Positions 12,379 to 23,955 of a stretch of DNA of 64,000 nucleotides are shown piece by piece. The notes beneath the pieces were generated by a model. The model searched no databases. It worked only from the letters and a program-made list of their open reading frames with translations, and had not been told where the DNA came from. Position 1 is the stretch's first letter. The number at the start of each line of letters is the position of its first letter. The position numbers and the translations under genes were made by a program. Origin of the DNA: Mayamaea pseudoterrestris (Eukaryota). The DNA lies in contig BROI01000023.1 in the NCBI GenBank assembly GCA_027923505.1, positions 372,001 through 436,000 on the forward strand. The letters are read 5' to 3'.

Positions 12379-13983
12379 ATGGCGCCTGCGAAACTGAACA
12401 TTTCTGCTGCAGCTGCAAGGAAGCGCAAGGCGCTTGCAATCAAATTAAAGGCGGCGGTGGCAAATAATTTAATCACCGAGCCGCCCAAGCGCTTGACCAA
12501 AGAGGAAAAGGCAGAGTCGTGCCGGCGGGCCAAGCTTCATGTGGAGCAGGAGAAGCTCAAATCGGAGCGTTTGGCTGCGGCGGGTCGAGCCTTGACTGTG
12601 AAAAGGCGTGCTGCTCCATTCGTTGTCACTGATGCACGAGGAGTTGCCGTGCCGGCGCCATTTCATGCTGCTGCTGCTGCTGCTCCAGTCGTTCGCGCAA
12701 TGAAGACGTCAATGCCAGTCGTTTTGGTCCCTGATGTCATCATGGATGCTGCGCCATTTGCCGATGACGAGATTGTCATGTACAATCACAGCTACGACCA
12801 TGCCATTGCTAGTGTGCATGTTGCGAGTAGCAAGCGCAAGGCGACAAAGTTTGAGCAGAGCAGTAATTTAATCAGTTGCGCGGGTCCATTGCTCAAGCTT
12901 GTTGTCGTCACTTGTTTCGTCGGTCCATTCATGGCCAGTCAATTCATGGGCATGCCAGCGAGACTCGTGCCGACGACAATGGGTCCGCCGACGAGCAAGT
13001 ATTCGGTGCCGCAGCTTGCCCATTACTTTACAAGTACAATCGCAACAGACTCTTTCATGTCGGATCGATGCGCCATGGCGACTGCAATGAACAGGGTCTT
13101 TGCTTGTCCGGCTGGCGGAATATGCGAGGGCGGTGAGCTTGTTACGTGCGGCGGATTCGACAATGCTACTGCCAACGCGCTGGTTGTTAGTGCGGATCGA
13201 ACGGCCTGCAGCTTGTCGGCGGATGCGCAATTCACATTTCAAACCATTTACCATCGTCTCCAAGATTTAGTAGTCGCAGATTTTTGCAGTGACCAGTCGT
13301 CGTCGATTGCGATTCGAAACCACGGATCCGCGACCATGGTTGATTACTTTGATCTTGCGCTTGATTTGGAGAAGCAGCAAACAAGTATTGATGCGGCCAC
13401 GCTCTCATGGCTCCAGTTTGCTTTGGAAAATGGCATTGTGTCGGGCTTGGCTTTGGAATGGACGGCGGATGAGCCTGTTTGGATTGGCTTGTCGGCCGCC
13501 TCGATGCAGACGCTTGTTTTCCCTTCCAAGTGCATCGCCCAGCGCGCCATGCTTTCGACCATTTATTCGACGAAATCGTTTGTTTGGGACTCGCTCATGA
13601 AACACAGTTGCAGCTTCGTTTGGTTTGCTTTTTGCCAAAACCGTTGGACTTGCATTGGATTGACACTTGTCGTCTACCTTTGCTACATTCGCCTCGTCAG
13701 AAGCAAGGCGGCCAAGGAGCACAACAAGCAGGTCAACCTTGCCACGCCATTGGTTTTTGATATTCTGAAAGCTACAAATGCCTGGACGAAGGTCGGTGCC
13801 ATTCGCGATGAGGTCAAGGAGCGCCTATACCCTGGAGACGATGTCGCGCAGGCTCAGTTTGTTCGAGGCGCCTGGAAGTCGATCATCCGCTACGTCGACC
13901 GGGATGCGCGCATTGGTTCTCGGGATTTGTTCATTGATGGCCGCATTTGCAGCATTTGGAAGTGGCAGGGAATGGGAGTCTGA
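12379..13983 (+). CDS. Man1/Src1 (MSC-domain) inner nuclear membrane protein
   Basis: Basic N-terminus and two hydrophobic segments flanking a Cys-rich luminal region (CPAGGICEGGELVTC). C-terminal winged-helix-like IRDEV...WKSIIRYVDRDARI...IDGR...IWKWQG. First ATG is at 12379. Confidence 0.8.
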   Translation: MAPAKLNISAAAARKRKALAIKLKAAVANNLITEPPKRLTKEEKAESCRRAKLHVEQEKLKSERLAAAGRALTVKRRAAPFVVTDARGVAVPAPFHAAAAAAPVVRAMKTSMPVVLVPDVIMDAAPFADDEIVMYNHSYDHAIASVHVASSKRKATKFEQSSNLISCAGPLLKLVVVTCFVGPFMASQFMGMPARLVPTTMGPPTSKYSVPQLAHYFTSTIATDSFMSDRCAMATAMNRVFACPAGGICEGGELVTCGGFDNATANALVVSADRTACSLSADAQFTFQTIYHRLQDLVVADFCSDQSSSIAIRNHGSATMVDYFDLALDLEKQQTSIDAATLSWLQFALENGIVSGLALEWTADEPVWIGLSAASMQTLVFPSKCIAQRAMLSTIYSTKSFVWDSLMKHSCSFVWFAFCQNRWTCIGLTLVVYLCYIRLVRSKAAKEHNKQVNLATPLVFDILKATNAWTKVGAIRDEVKERLYPGDDVAQAQFVRGAWKSIIRYVDRDARIGSRDLFIDGRICSIWKWQGMGV

Positions 13984-15420
13984 GTGTCTTTGCCGTTGCG
14001 TTGCCCTTGATGTCATCATGAATGTTATGTCAATGCGCGTGAGTTGCGTGTGAGCGTTTGCGTGAGTGTCTATTGCGAGCGAGTGTATGCATTTATGAGT
14101 GAGTGCATGATGCGTGCGAGTGTTTTATTCTCCATTTTACTACGTTTCAGCGCCTTAAGAGGATGCATATTGCATACTCCTACTTGTGAAGCAAACTAAA
14201 TCGATGAGACAGAGACTGGGGTGGTGCTTACGGAGCCAAATCTACAATAACATTCATAACCCATATTAGCAACCGCGTTAACTTGAACTTGCTCTACTAG
14301 TCTGTAGTACATTACAATCTCATCCGTCCGTCGACAAGCTCGATGTGCACCGACTGTATACTGACGTACCGGTAGCCAATGTAATCTAATCCAACGCTCG
14401 AGCCAATTGCCGTCAGTACTTGTATTATTAGCAAAGTCGGGATTGATACAGCGCTTTACGTCAACAAATCGTGGCCCTTGATGCATGACGAGTGATGGCC
14501 CTCGCCCTTGGCAGCTTGCAACGTTTCCACGCAATGAAAAGTTTTGTCCCTATTTCGTATCTGCGGCCACTGCGCCTCCATGAAAATGAGACTCCGGGCA
14601 GCATGCCTTTCATCGTACGAGCCGAAAGTTCAAAACAGAGGGGTGATGCCATGCAAAATCGTCTTTTGGCCTCAATCCATCCAATTCATCCGTCGCCAAC
14701 CACGATCGAGTGCTCGGTGGACGACGCTGTCGCTCGAAGCGAATGCACAAAGTCTGTCCATTCAGCGCCGCCTGCGCGCCACCTGCGCGCCACCTGGCAT
14801 GGAAGTGCCTTCAATTAGCATTGCATGCTCTGACCAGCAATTATTGTGATCGACATTGGTTTGTGCAAAATGCATGTTCAATCCATCAATCCATGTCCAC
14901 GAGCTTCACGAATGTCGGCCCAAAAGACTTAGCGACGCCGTCTTCAGTTTAAGCGAAAGCAATCCATTTGATCAGACATCGTCGCATACCAGATTCCTTT
15001 GGATGGTATTAGACTGATCGGCTCAGAATGCGAGAATCTCCGCCACTCCGCATCACCCACAGCGGTTCAATGCAGCTGTACTTTACTTCCGATCTTGCCG
15101 ATCCAGCGTACTCTCGCGATTCATTGTCCTTGTGTTTTGACATTCATTTCATCAATAATGGGTATAAAATGATTGATAACTGATACAGTGTCGCCTTGTT
15201 GATGCTGTTGTTATTGTTGATTGTTCAATAATCAAACTGAGAATGATGGGCCGGACAAATCTACCATCATTCACAACCCACCAGCAGTCGAAACACTCAA
15301 TGTATGCAATACATCAGTGCGGTGCGCTTCAGTCCAACCACCAAGATGAGAGGACAATGTTTGCGCAGCCCAAGGGCATCATGGTGGACGAATGATCGGA
15401 CCCGTCGAAACCAGTCATGA

Positions 15421-15720
15421 GGCAATAGTACGAAACAAGTGCCAGTGTCAATTACGTCACGAGACAATAGTATGAAACGACTGCCAGTGAAAACTGCGTC
15501 ACCAGGCAATAGTATGAAACGAGTGCCAGTGAAAACTACGTCATAAGGCAATAGTACGAAACGAGTGCCAGTGAAAACTGAGAATGAACTGGAAGGCAAT
15601 AGTACGAAACGAGTGCCAATGTCAATTACGTCACAAGGCAATAGTACGAAACGAGTGCCAGTGTCAATTACGTCAGAAGGCAATAGTACGAAACGAGTGC
15701 CAGTGTCAATTACGTCACAA
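15421..15720. repeat. 42-bp minisatellite, 7 copies
   Basis: Consensus GGCAATAGTACGAAACGAGTGCCAGTGTCAATTACGTCACAA. Copies start at 15421, 15463, 15505, 15547 (48-bp variant), 15595, 15637 and 15679. Confidence 0.95.
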
Positions 15721-15886
15721 GTCGAAACGCTTTCACACTTGAATGTCACATGGCTTCCACGTGTCGCGCCGCGATGAATGACGAACGACGCGGCCACCAT
15801 GGGTTCCTTCATTCTTCCTCCAGCCGCTCCTTCCACATTCCCTTGACCTCCGCTACATCAACTATCAACTACAGTACTGCAAAATC

Positions 15887-17161
15887 ATGATCGACGCATC
15901 AGGCAGCAATCCATTTGGTGGCAGTGCGCATGCCGATGTCTTGGAGGCTCAAATTCCGGCCGATAATATCGGCCGAAGCGTCCTTTTGAATGAAGTCAAG
16001 AACCGCGCCAAGGCGGCAGTCTCGGCCAGTCAATGGTTCGACGCGCAGCGCTTGTACGAAAAGGCCATTGCAATCTGCAAGGAGAGTGATGACAAGGCTG
16101 AATCTGCCATTTGCTACTCGAACTTGTCGCTGGTCTTGGGCAAGATGCAAAAATGGAGCCAAGCCAAGCAAGCGGCCGTTACTGCGACGGAACTTGACTC
16201 GTCCTACACCAAGGGATACTGGCGACTCGGATCGGCTTGCGCTGCTTTGAAGGAGTATGATCAAGCCTTGAATGCACTGGAAATAGTGAGAATGCATGAG
16301 CCGACGAGCAAGCTGCTTGCCAAGGAGATTGATCGCATCAAGAATGACCGAGCGAAACATGATGAACAAGCACAGGCGCAAGCATCGACTCCTTCGTCGA
16401 CTTCTGCTGCTCGACCAAAGACGACGCCAGCTCCTCCGCGGAGTCAGCTACCAAAGAGCTCCGGTTCGTCATCGACGACTGCTCCTGCTGCATCAGCTGC
16501 CATTAACGACGAAACGACGGTGGAAGACGACCATGGCAATATATTTACAAAGTCCGAAGTTACGCGCGGCTACAAGATTGTCAATGGAAAGAAAACTTCA
16601 TACTTTCACAATGAGCTAGACGAACAAACCAAGCAGCTGATCGGAGACATTGCCCCAAAGAAACTGGAGCATGCATCGAGTAGTGTTAGTGTCGCTAGTA
16701 GCGACGATGCCACCATGGGCAGCGCTTGGAACCAGGCTGGAACTTGGGAGGAACGCGATGTCAGCAAATGGGCATGCGAGACGTTACAGCAAGCCATGAT
16801 GGAGGCAAAGTATGAGGACAATGAAATTGCCGCGACAATCACCAAGGCTGAAATTACTGGATCGGCCAGCGTTGCCATGGTGCGAGGCAAGAAACGATAC
16901 ATTTACGAGTTAGCCGCAACCATTCATTGGAGTGCGACTGGTAGCGACGCGAATGCAACCGCAAGCGGAAGCATTACCTTTCCCGACATTGATGGAACGT
17001 GCATGCTGGGCGAGCCGTACGATGTGGCGGGGTTCAACGTTGCGTCAAACGCTGGGTTGGATGCGACGGCGTTGCACGCCAAGATTTGCAAGTCTGGTTT
17101 GCGAGACGAGTTGCACAAGGCGATTGATGGATGGGTGCAGCTGCTCAAGGAGACGTATTGA
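15887..17161 (+). CDS. TPR + Aha1 N-terminal domain Hsp90 co-chaperone-like protein
   Basis: Three TPR helical pairs (YEKAI..., CYSNLSLVLGKM..., YTKGYWRLGSA). C-terminal Aha1_N signature GSAWNQAGTWEERDVSKWA...GSASVAMVRGKKRYIYE. Single 424-aa exon. Confidence 0.88.
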   Translation: MIDASGSNPFGGSAHADVLEAQIPADNIGRSVLLNEVKNRAKAAVSASQWFDAQRLYEKAIAICKESDDKAESAICYSNLSLVLGKMQKWSQAKQAAVTATELDSSYTKGYWRLGSACAALKEYDQALNALEIVRMHEPTSKLLAKEIDRIKNDRAKHDEQAQAQASTPSSTSAARPKTTPAPPRSQLPKSSGSSSTTAPAASAAINDETTVEDDHGNIFTKSEVTRGYKIVNGKKTSYFHNELDEQTKQLIGDIAPKKLEHASSSVSVASSDDATMGSAWNQAGTWEERDVSKWACETLQQAMMEAKYEDNEIAATITKAEITGSASVAMVRGKKRYIYELAATIHWSATGSDANATASGSITFPDIDGTCMLGEPYDVAGFNVASNAGLDATALHAKICKSGLRDELHKAIDGWVQLLKETY

Positions 17162-17331
17162 CGTATAGATGATCCGGGCGGATATTTGGATTACCTGACG
17201 GTTGAGCGTACACAATAGCGGCGTAGTTAACATAGACTGGTTGTTTTATAACTCCGTAATCACCTTCCTAGTCCAAACAGCGAACCGCATCAACATGTTT
17301 CTATTATATAGCGCCATTCAGTATTAACATT

Positions 17332-19355
17332 TTAAATTCGCGTTGACTGAGGCGTTGCCCGAAAACTAAAGCTATCGTATCCAGCCAGCTCGGACCGCGC
17401 CATGTTTGCCACTGACTCGCCCAGCAACGGACTCAGAACCGACAGTCGACTCACTCCTGTCAACTGAGACGAGGAACCAGCTTCCACATCCATACTGCCA
17501 TCGGACATGTCGGCGCCCGTCTTCAAGCACCACCAAAACCCAATCGGATATGTTCGAAAGGCGCGAGCATCCTCCACTGAGTGATACAAGGTCAACTCCA
17601 AACCTTCGTCCATCCAGCTCATAATCACAACAAACAGCGTTACACCCGACAAGGCGAACAGCAGTTGAATGTCACTGTTCATGAGATATTCCAAAGCATT
17701 ACCAAGATTTTTGCCGTAGCACATGACTGCCGCAGTGAGGCTAACGGCCAGCAACACAATCGTTTGGATGGCGTACGCCAAGACAAACCAGCATCGATGG
17801 CGCGGGTCAATGGGGACGCGCTTGACATGCATCGATTTGATGAAGAGCGTGCTGAGTAACACCGTCGAAAGACCTCCGCACACCAAATTTTTGGCCGGTC
17901 CTGGGAGCGCCGCTGTGGCCGCCAAGTAAGAATGCGTCAGTAGATTCAAGCCCGATCCCAAAATGGTCGTACTCAGCAGCAAACCAAACATTCCCAGATT
18001 GTAAAAGGCTCCGGCCCATCGATTCACCAATAGTGCATGGTCTTGCGCAAGTGTGTCAGTGTCGTCCACGTATAGTAGCTTAATGCAAAAGAGCAACAGG
18101 CACGAGGATCCTATGAAGCAGTAGTCGGTAATGGATGGCGTTTGATAGGCAAAAAACTCACTCGCAACCACGACAATGCTTTGCAGCAGAAATCCCAGGA
18201 GTAAAATGAATAGAACACTTCGTTTCGAGCAAGCGGCTGAATTATGACAGTGACCAGCAATGCGCAGAAAATGAGCGAATGACTAACACAAAAGGCGGCA
18301 AGAACCTCCACTCGCCTCGCATTTCGCTGGCAATACGTACCATGAAAATCATTGGCGAGAAACGCCCTCGGCACCCGCAACGCCGCCAAGCCAACCCCAG
18401 TCGCAAAGACGGCCCATCGATAGTTCCAATCTTGTGGAAAGTAGCATATTCCAATCACCCAGACGGCCGTTTCCAGTAAGTTCATGACGAGATTGACTAT
18501 AGCGTAGGCTCGCACCCGCTTGGCAAGTTGCAGTTGCTCTACCGGTGAAAACGAAGGAGTCGCGGGCGTGTTGCTGCCGCTCATTGGCGTTAAATTTGAT
18601 TGATTTACACTTGCATTGTTCCCACTGCTCAACCTTGCTTTCGCCGAGTTCCAAACCGTGAAAACGACTCGCAAATGCAGCAGCGCATGCAGTCCAGCGA
18701 CTGCCGCCGCCATGACCATGATGCGCGTTCCATCCTGGCTGTCCATGGGTGCTTGCACGCTGAGTGACGCAAAGAGTACCAAAAAGCAAGTCAGCAACGT
18801 TTCCACTTGCGCGGACAAGTCGCTGGTGTCGAATCTCGTTCCATAGGAAACCTCCTTGGTCCATACCGTGTAAAAGACGGCAAAGTACAGCAGGGCATCA
18901 AGTGAGAGAGTTCCTTGTATACTGACGGCGACGCCGACGCGTGTAAAGGCTGTGACGACCACCAAACTGAAGAATAAGTCGGAGAGTGGAATGGATGCCA
19001 TGGTCTTGGCGGTTCTTCTTGGTTGCGACTGCGAAACATTCTGCGCAACTGCTGGAAGCAATTCAGGAGACCTCCAAAGTCCTCCGTCGTACCAGTTGCG
19101 GTCTCCGTAAGCGGCTTGATCGGCCAGAGCGGATGAAATCTGCTTTTCCATTCTCAATTCGTCGGCAAGCTTGACGAGTGAATGAAAGAGCTTGCGCTTG
19201 CCGGCCTTTTCGTGACTAATTTGTTCCCGCAGCGATGCTAACTGATCTTGGAGTTCTTGCAATTGTTGCCTTTGCTGTTGATCTTGGTGCTGCCGGTGCT
19301 GTTGCGTAGCGTTGGAGGAGTTTGCGGCAGTATCCAAAGGCGAAGGCGACGACAT
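17332..19355 (-). CDS. LtrA (low temperature requirement A)-like multi-pass membrane protein
   Basis: Motifs SDLFFSLVVV and YGTRFDTSD with many TM segments. A 104-nt intron at 18237-18340 (GTACGT..TTCAG) joins the ORFs in frame (DFHA|ACSKRSVLFILLLG). First ATG is at 19355. Confidence 0.8.
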
Positions 19356-20409
19356 GATTGCGACGCAACTTGGAATTGATGAAATGTTACTAATCACCAA
19401 CAGAATGAATATTATCAGTTCCTTTAGCAAAGACTAGAAGCATCCGCTTAGTATAGAGCCGTTGACGCACTATCAAAGCTCAGTGTTGGTCGCGAAACGG
19501 CTCTAGGAAATCCCAAGGTTGTTGATGGCAGTCGTCCGCTAGCGTTTTTTCATTTTGTCGCAGTGGCTCACAAACGTCTCACCGGTGATGGACGATTTTC
19601 TTCGTCGCCATGGAAGTTTTCGAGATGCCGATTGCTTGATGTGATGGCTCCATCAACATGTGATGCAAAAGTTAGTCACTGCTGGTATGCAATACTAGCT
19701 TCATGTTTGAGTGAGATGGATGTCTCTTGTGTCCTCGATACTTGCTGCGTCATTCCATGCTTTCCAAGAGCAGGCCATCGGCTACGTTGCGATTATCCTT
19801 GCGCAGCAATCATCCTCCTGAACGAGACGCCGAGACGACTACGAACGACGAGTGACTGCTACATTGATGACAATTCGTCATTATCATTTTCGGTTGCATG
19901 GACGCTTCTGTATGCAGCTGCACAGAAGGTAGTAGGATTCAGGTTGTGACTCTTTTTCGATTCAAAAGGGAGCCACGTGAACCATTGGATGGCCTGCATC
20001 CTCCGACGGCGCCTCGCGAAACGGACGGTAGCAGCTGCAAACCCTGGCGAGAATGACTCAGGCAGCAATAACAACAACAACGACGAGCACTAGTAGCAAG
20101 GAAATCGGCGCCTGGCATCTGCAAACACTCCTACCGACTACATTGAACCAGCATTGCCGGAGCAGGAGGCGACATCACAGCAGCAGCAGCAGCAGCAGCA
20201 GGTGATGATTTGTCCACGGATCCTCCAGAGTTGCAGTCGTGCTCTGTGCAAACACTTCGTCGGCGTCTCGCAAGACCGGTTCAAGGGACCTATTTCACAA
20301 CGCTCTATGATTTTAAGCAGATGGGCTTGCGGCAACTAATGAGAAGTTAGAACGCAATGTGACGTACGTAAACATCTATTAGTTGTGGTCAGAAACACAT
20401 AATTTACGA

Positions 20410-20640
20410 CTAGCGTTGGCGCATACGTGTGACGAAATCGTACATTTCGTCGTCGGCAACAAATCTGATGATGACTTCTTGCAGTGCAGATGCCATCATT
20501 GTCCGTTGTTGCTGCTCTAACTGCTCCAGATGCTGCTGCAGCAGCAGCTGCTGCTGCACCACCTGTTGCTCGAGCCGCTCCTGGTACTGCAGCCGCACTT
20601 GCCGGAACTCTTGCTGCGTTGATTCATAACCCAACAACAT
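20410..20640 (-). CDS. Possible short Gln-rich coiled-coil ORF or gene fragment
   Basis: 76-aa ATG-initiated ORF with a CAG-rich helical segment; no recognisable domain. Confidence 0.25.
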   Translation of the reverse strand: MLLGYESTQQEFRQVRLQYQERLEQQVVQQQLLLQQHLEQLEQQQRTMMASALQEVIIRFVADDEMYDFVTRMRQR

Positions 20641-23600
20641 TTGTTAAAGTCGATCGTTTCTCTCATTGTTTCTATCAATATGCTCGTGTAATAGACTTCA
20701 AAGGTTTTCAATGTGACGCTGCTGAAGAAATATCACAACGTCTGGGCTAGCAGGATGTTGGTTGTCGCTGGGTGAAGGCTCATTTCTATGCGCGTAGGCG
20801 CGTGGAACTGCGGCGTCCTTTGAAGCGACTGTGTCGCGCTCAAAGCCGACTGACTCATCATCAGCATCTGCAGGATTGACAAATTTGTGAATCTGGTGCT
20901 CCTCTCAACGCCAATGTCCCTTTTTTACTAAACATACACCAAATGCGTTTAGCATTGCGCATGGCAAATCCGACAAATGTCTTCGCAGCAGATGGAGACG
21001 AAACAGCTGTGAATTGAGGCGTAAATTTTACCCACCGTTGTCGTCGGGAATGGTAAATTGGTAAATTGATATCCGGCATCAGAGCGACATGGATATACCG
21101 GCCAATATACACTGCGAGACGTGCTTCACTTAGCCGGTGTACGGTACGGGCAAAGGGAGCTCATGCATCGTTTAACAAAGCGAATGAACTCCAATGTTCC
21201 ATCGTCCGACGAAGGACTCCTTGAGCATTCGTCGCTCGGCATCGGCATCGGCATCAAGCGACTGTATATTAGGCGAAGAGGAGTGATTTGCTCGCTTTTT
21301 TGCACTGATTTGTCAGAGAAAGGAACAGCGCATTGGAACTGTATGCGATGGAGTATCTGTTGCGGTCTTTGCAGCGACTTTTGCGTAAGAATCCCCTTGC
21401 AGGTGCTCCATCGATGCGAGCAGATTGGTCGTCGCAGCAATCGTGGCAAATAAATCTTGTCTGGAAAAAAGGACCGTCCGATATTTTCATTCTTGGAAGT
21501 ATTCAGCAGTGCCGCCGTCTCTTACATTCGGCAAGGAAATGACGCAAGCAAGCAGCAGCTGCAAGTCGCTGCAAGTAGCTGCTCTATCTTCAATTTCCAG
21601 CTCGATTCGGCCGCTGATCGCAAATGTCTTACCGAGAATAAAAATAGTCGTACCGGTATTAGAATTCCATCATCTGTCATTCGTCCGTGAGAATGACGGC
21701 CTCTCGTTCCGACAGCACGATCGCTGCAGCGACAACAAACTCCATGCTCCATCCGCAGTCGCTGTAAAAGGGTCGCATTCAACAACTGTTGTGAAAGAAA
21801 CGACCATGGAATTTACAAGCGGTTTTTGTCACCGCAATAAGGATGACGAAATAGCTGAGGAGCTCGGCGAGAGTGAACCTTGGATGCAGCGGCGAGCGGC
21901 GAGCGAAACGCTTGAAAGTTAGTTGCGAGAAACCGTGCGCTGCTCCTATGCTTTTGCAGGTATGTTCTGGTGATCTAGTCGCTGCGAAAGCCCTGTATTC
22001 TATTGTTTTTGATTCGTGCATGATTGGCGATTGCTTTAAAAGCAGCTACAATTGTGCATGGACGATTTGTCGCTCGTTGCGGAAGCGCTTGTTTTATTGC
22101 TCTGCCTATACTTTGTTTCTTTATCCATGATCTGCGATCCAGTGACAACGAAATTACCGATGAGGTCACTGTTAATTTCCTGCAACTTCCGTGTGCAGAT
22201 TGTGTGTTGAAAGGTCGTGTTTGAAGTTGTTGTTGGGCATTGAACGTGATGGTGGCTGCATTGAAATTCGTATTGCTTTTTCGGTTTGAGTACTAAAGCT
22301 AGCTATCGCCTATCTCACATTCTTCAACATCATTGTAGTTTCAGTTGGATTTGCTGATCGCAACAAAGCGATATTGCCATGATAGCTTGCAATGGACCTT
22401 GAATCTTTGAGGAAGATGATTTCGCGACGAGACTTCCTTTTTGAAAGGCTCGTTTTGGGAGCAGTTCCTCTTTCATTCTTCACGCTGCAAGCGCAGGATT
22501 TCAAGCATGAATGCCAGATCCATGAAGACTGTGTATCTAGTGACGTAGAGCTGCAATTCTCTGCTCCAAGCGTTTACTTTCGACTTCAACAGCTAACCGC
22601 GTCGAGTGATTCCGTCGAGAGTCGAGTCAAGCAGATTCATCGAGCGCACGTTAAGCTCAAAAGACGTGTGGAGCAAAGCTTTCGGAATTTGTTGGTTGTT
22701 GCGGCTTCTATTGCCGCCTCGGCGCGTTGAGGTCGACGCGCCAAGTACTAGTGCGTGAAACCATGATTAACATTATCGAGCTGCGAGCTTTTGCCAGCTG
22801 GAGCCGCAGATGGCGGCAAAATCCTTTTAATGGCACCAAAAGCTCTGCCTTTTCATTAGTCAAGAGTTTCGTAAACCTGCTGCATCGAAATTTCGAGAAT
22901 CATCGCACAATGCACCTTAACGATTGGACGAGTCTTGAGCGAGATCATGGTGGCGTGCCTACTGCAAGACCCACTCGCAAGCCTCTGTATGTACTTGTGA
23001 TGGAGCTAGTGGCAAGTTCTACAAGTTGGTCCATTTATCAAGGAAGTGGTGAAGGAGCCATGTCTCGTTTAAACAAGTGCGGTTTCGCGTTGCCGCCCTT
23101 GTGCCAGAAGGCAGTTTCGGATAAGACGAGTGCGTTCAGATGCTGCAACAGGTAACTTGGTCAGGCTCTGCGCAACGACGTTGGCCGGAGCGCAGATTTT
23201 GATAACATTCTTGGGTTCTTCGCTCGCCCACATTGACGCTTTCTGAGCGTTGCGGTGCTACTCTTCCGTGAGTATGATTTAACCTTTTTCCAAGTTGAAT
23301 GCCTTGTGCGAGTTCCATTGGTGTGCCATGCTCCTGTGACAAATGCGACTAGACATGGCGCTGATGGATGGGGCTCCGAGTGCTGCAACACCGGCTTTTG
23401 CTGCATGGGTGTGTCTCGTGGAATAGTATGTCTGATTCGATGCTTTTTACGCTCCGCGTCAATGTTTCGACTGAAGGCGCCTCTGCCGACGTGGCGACGA
23501 TATTTTGCTACCGTGCTTTCGCCAGAGCTGCCGCGGAGTCGATTTTGTCGAGAGCAAGGCATCGATGTTTGTTCAAGCCGACCGTCAGCCTAATAGAAGG

Positions 23601-23955
23601 TAGGTTTTGATGGCAAAATGGCAAGAAATTGCAGCATTTGAGGGATTCTTCTCCAGCGGCGTTGCTTCGTGGAGCGTCAAGGGATTGTGTAGCTGCCTCA
23701 ACGTTTCTGGACGCTCTCTGCTCGATTCGCTTGCAATAGAATGAATAAATATAACTATCCTGTCGTCCATTCGCTTGGATAGGTCATGGTCACTTTGTAT
23801 TTGATGCTATGGCGCTGCGTAGGTTGTAGTACTAGTTCTACGTGCGTCAACATTTTCGCGTCGCACAAAATAATGGACTCGTCGTCGTTGGATGTTCGTT
23901 GGTTTGTTCTTTGTCACTCTAGCTTGTTTCCACAGTGACAATATTGAACTGTAGC

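Noticed and set aside
14030..14125. GTGA/GCGT low-complexity tract
   Set aside because: Degenerate simple repeat in a probable 3' UTR, with no telomeric or other defined unit.
15297..15836. 179-aa minus-strand repeat ORF
   Set aside because: It has a non-ATG start, stays open because the repeat period is a multiple of three, and overlaps the likely promoter of the TPR gene.
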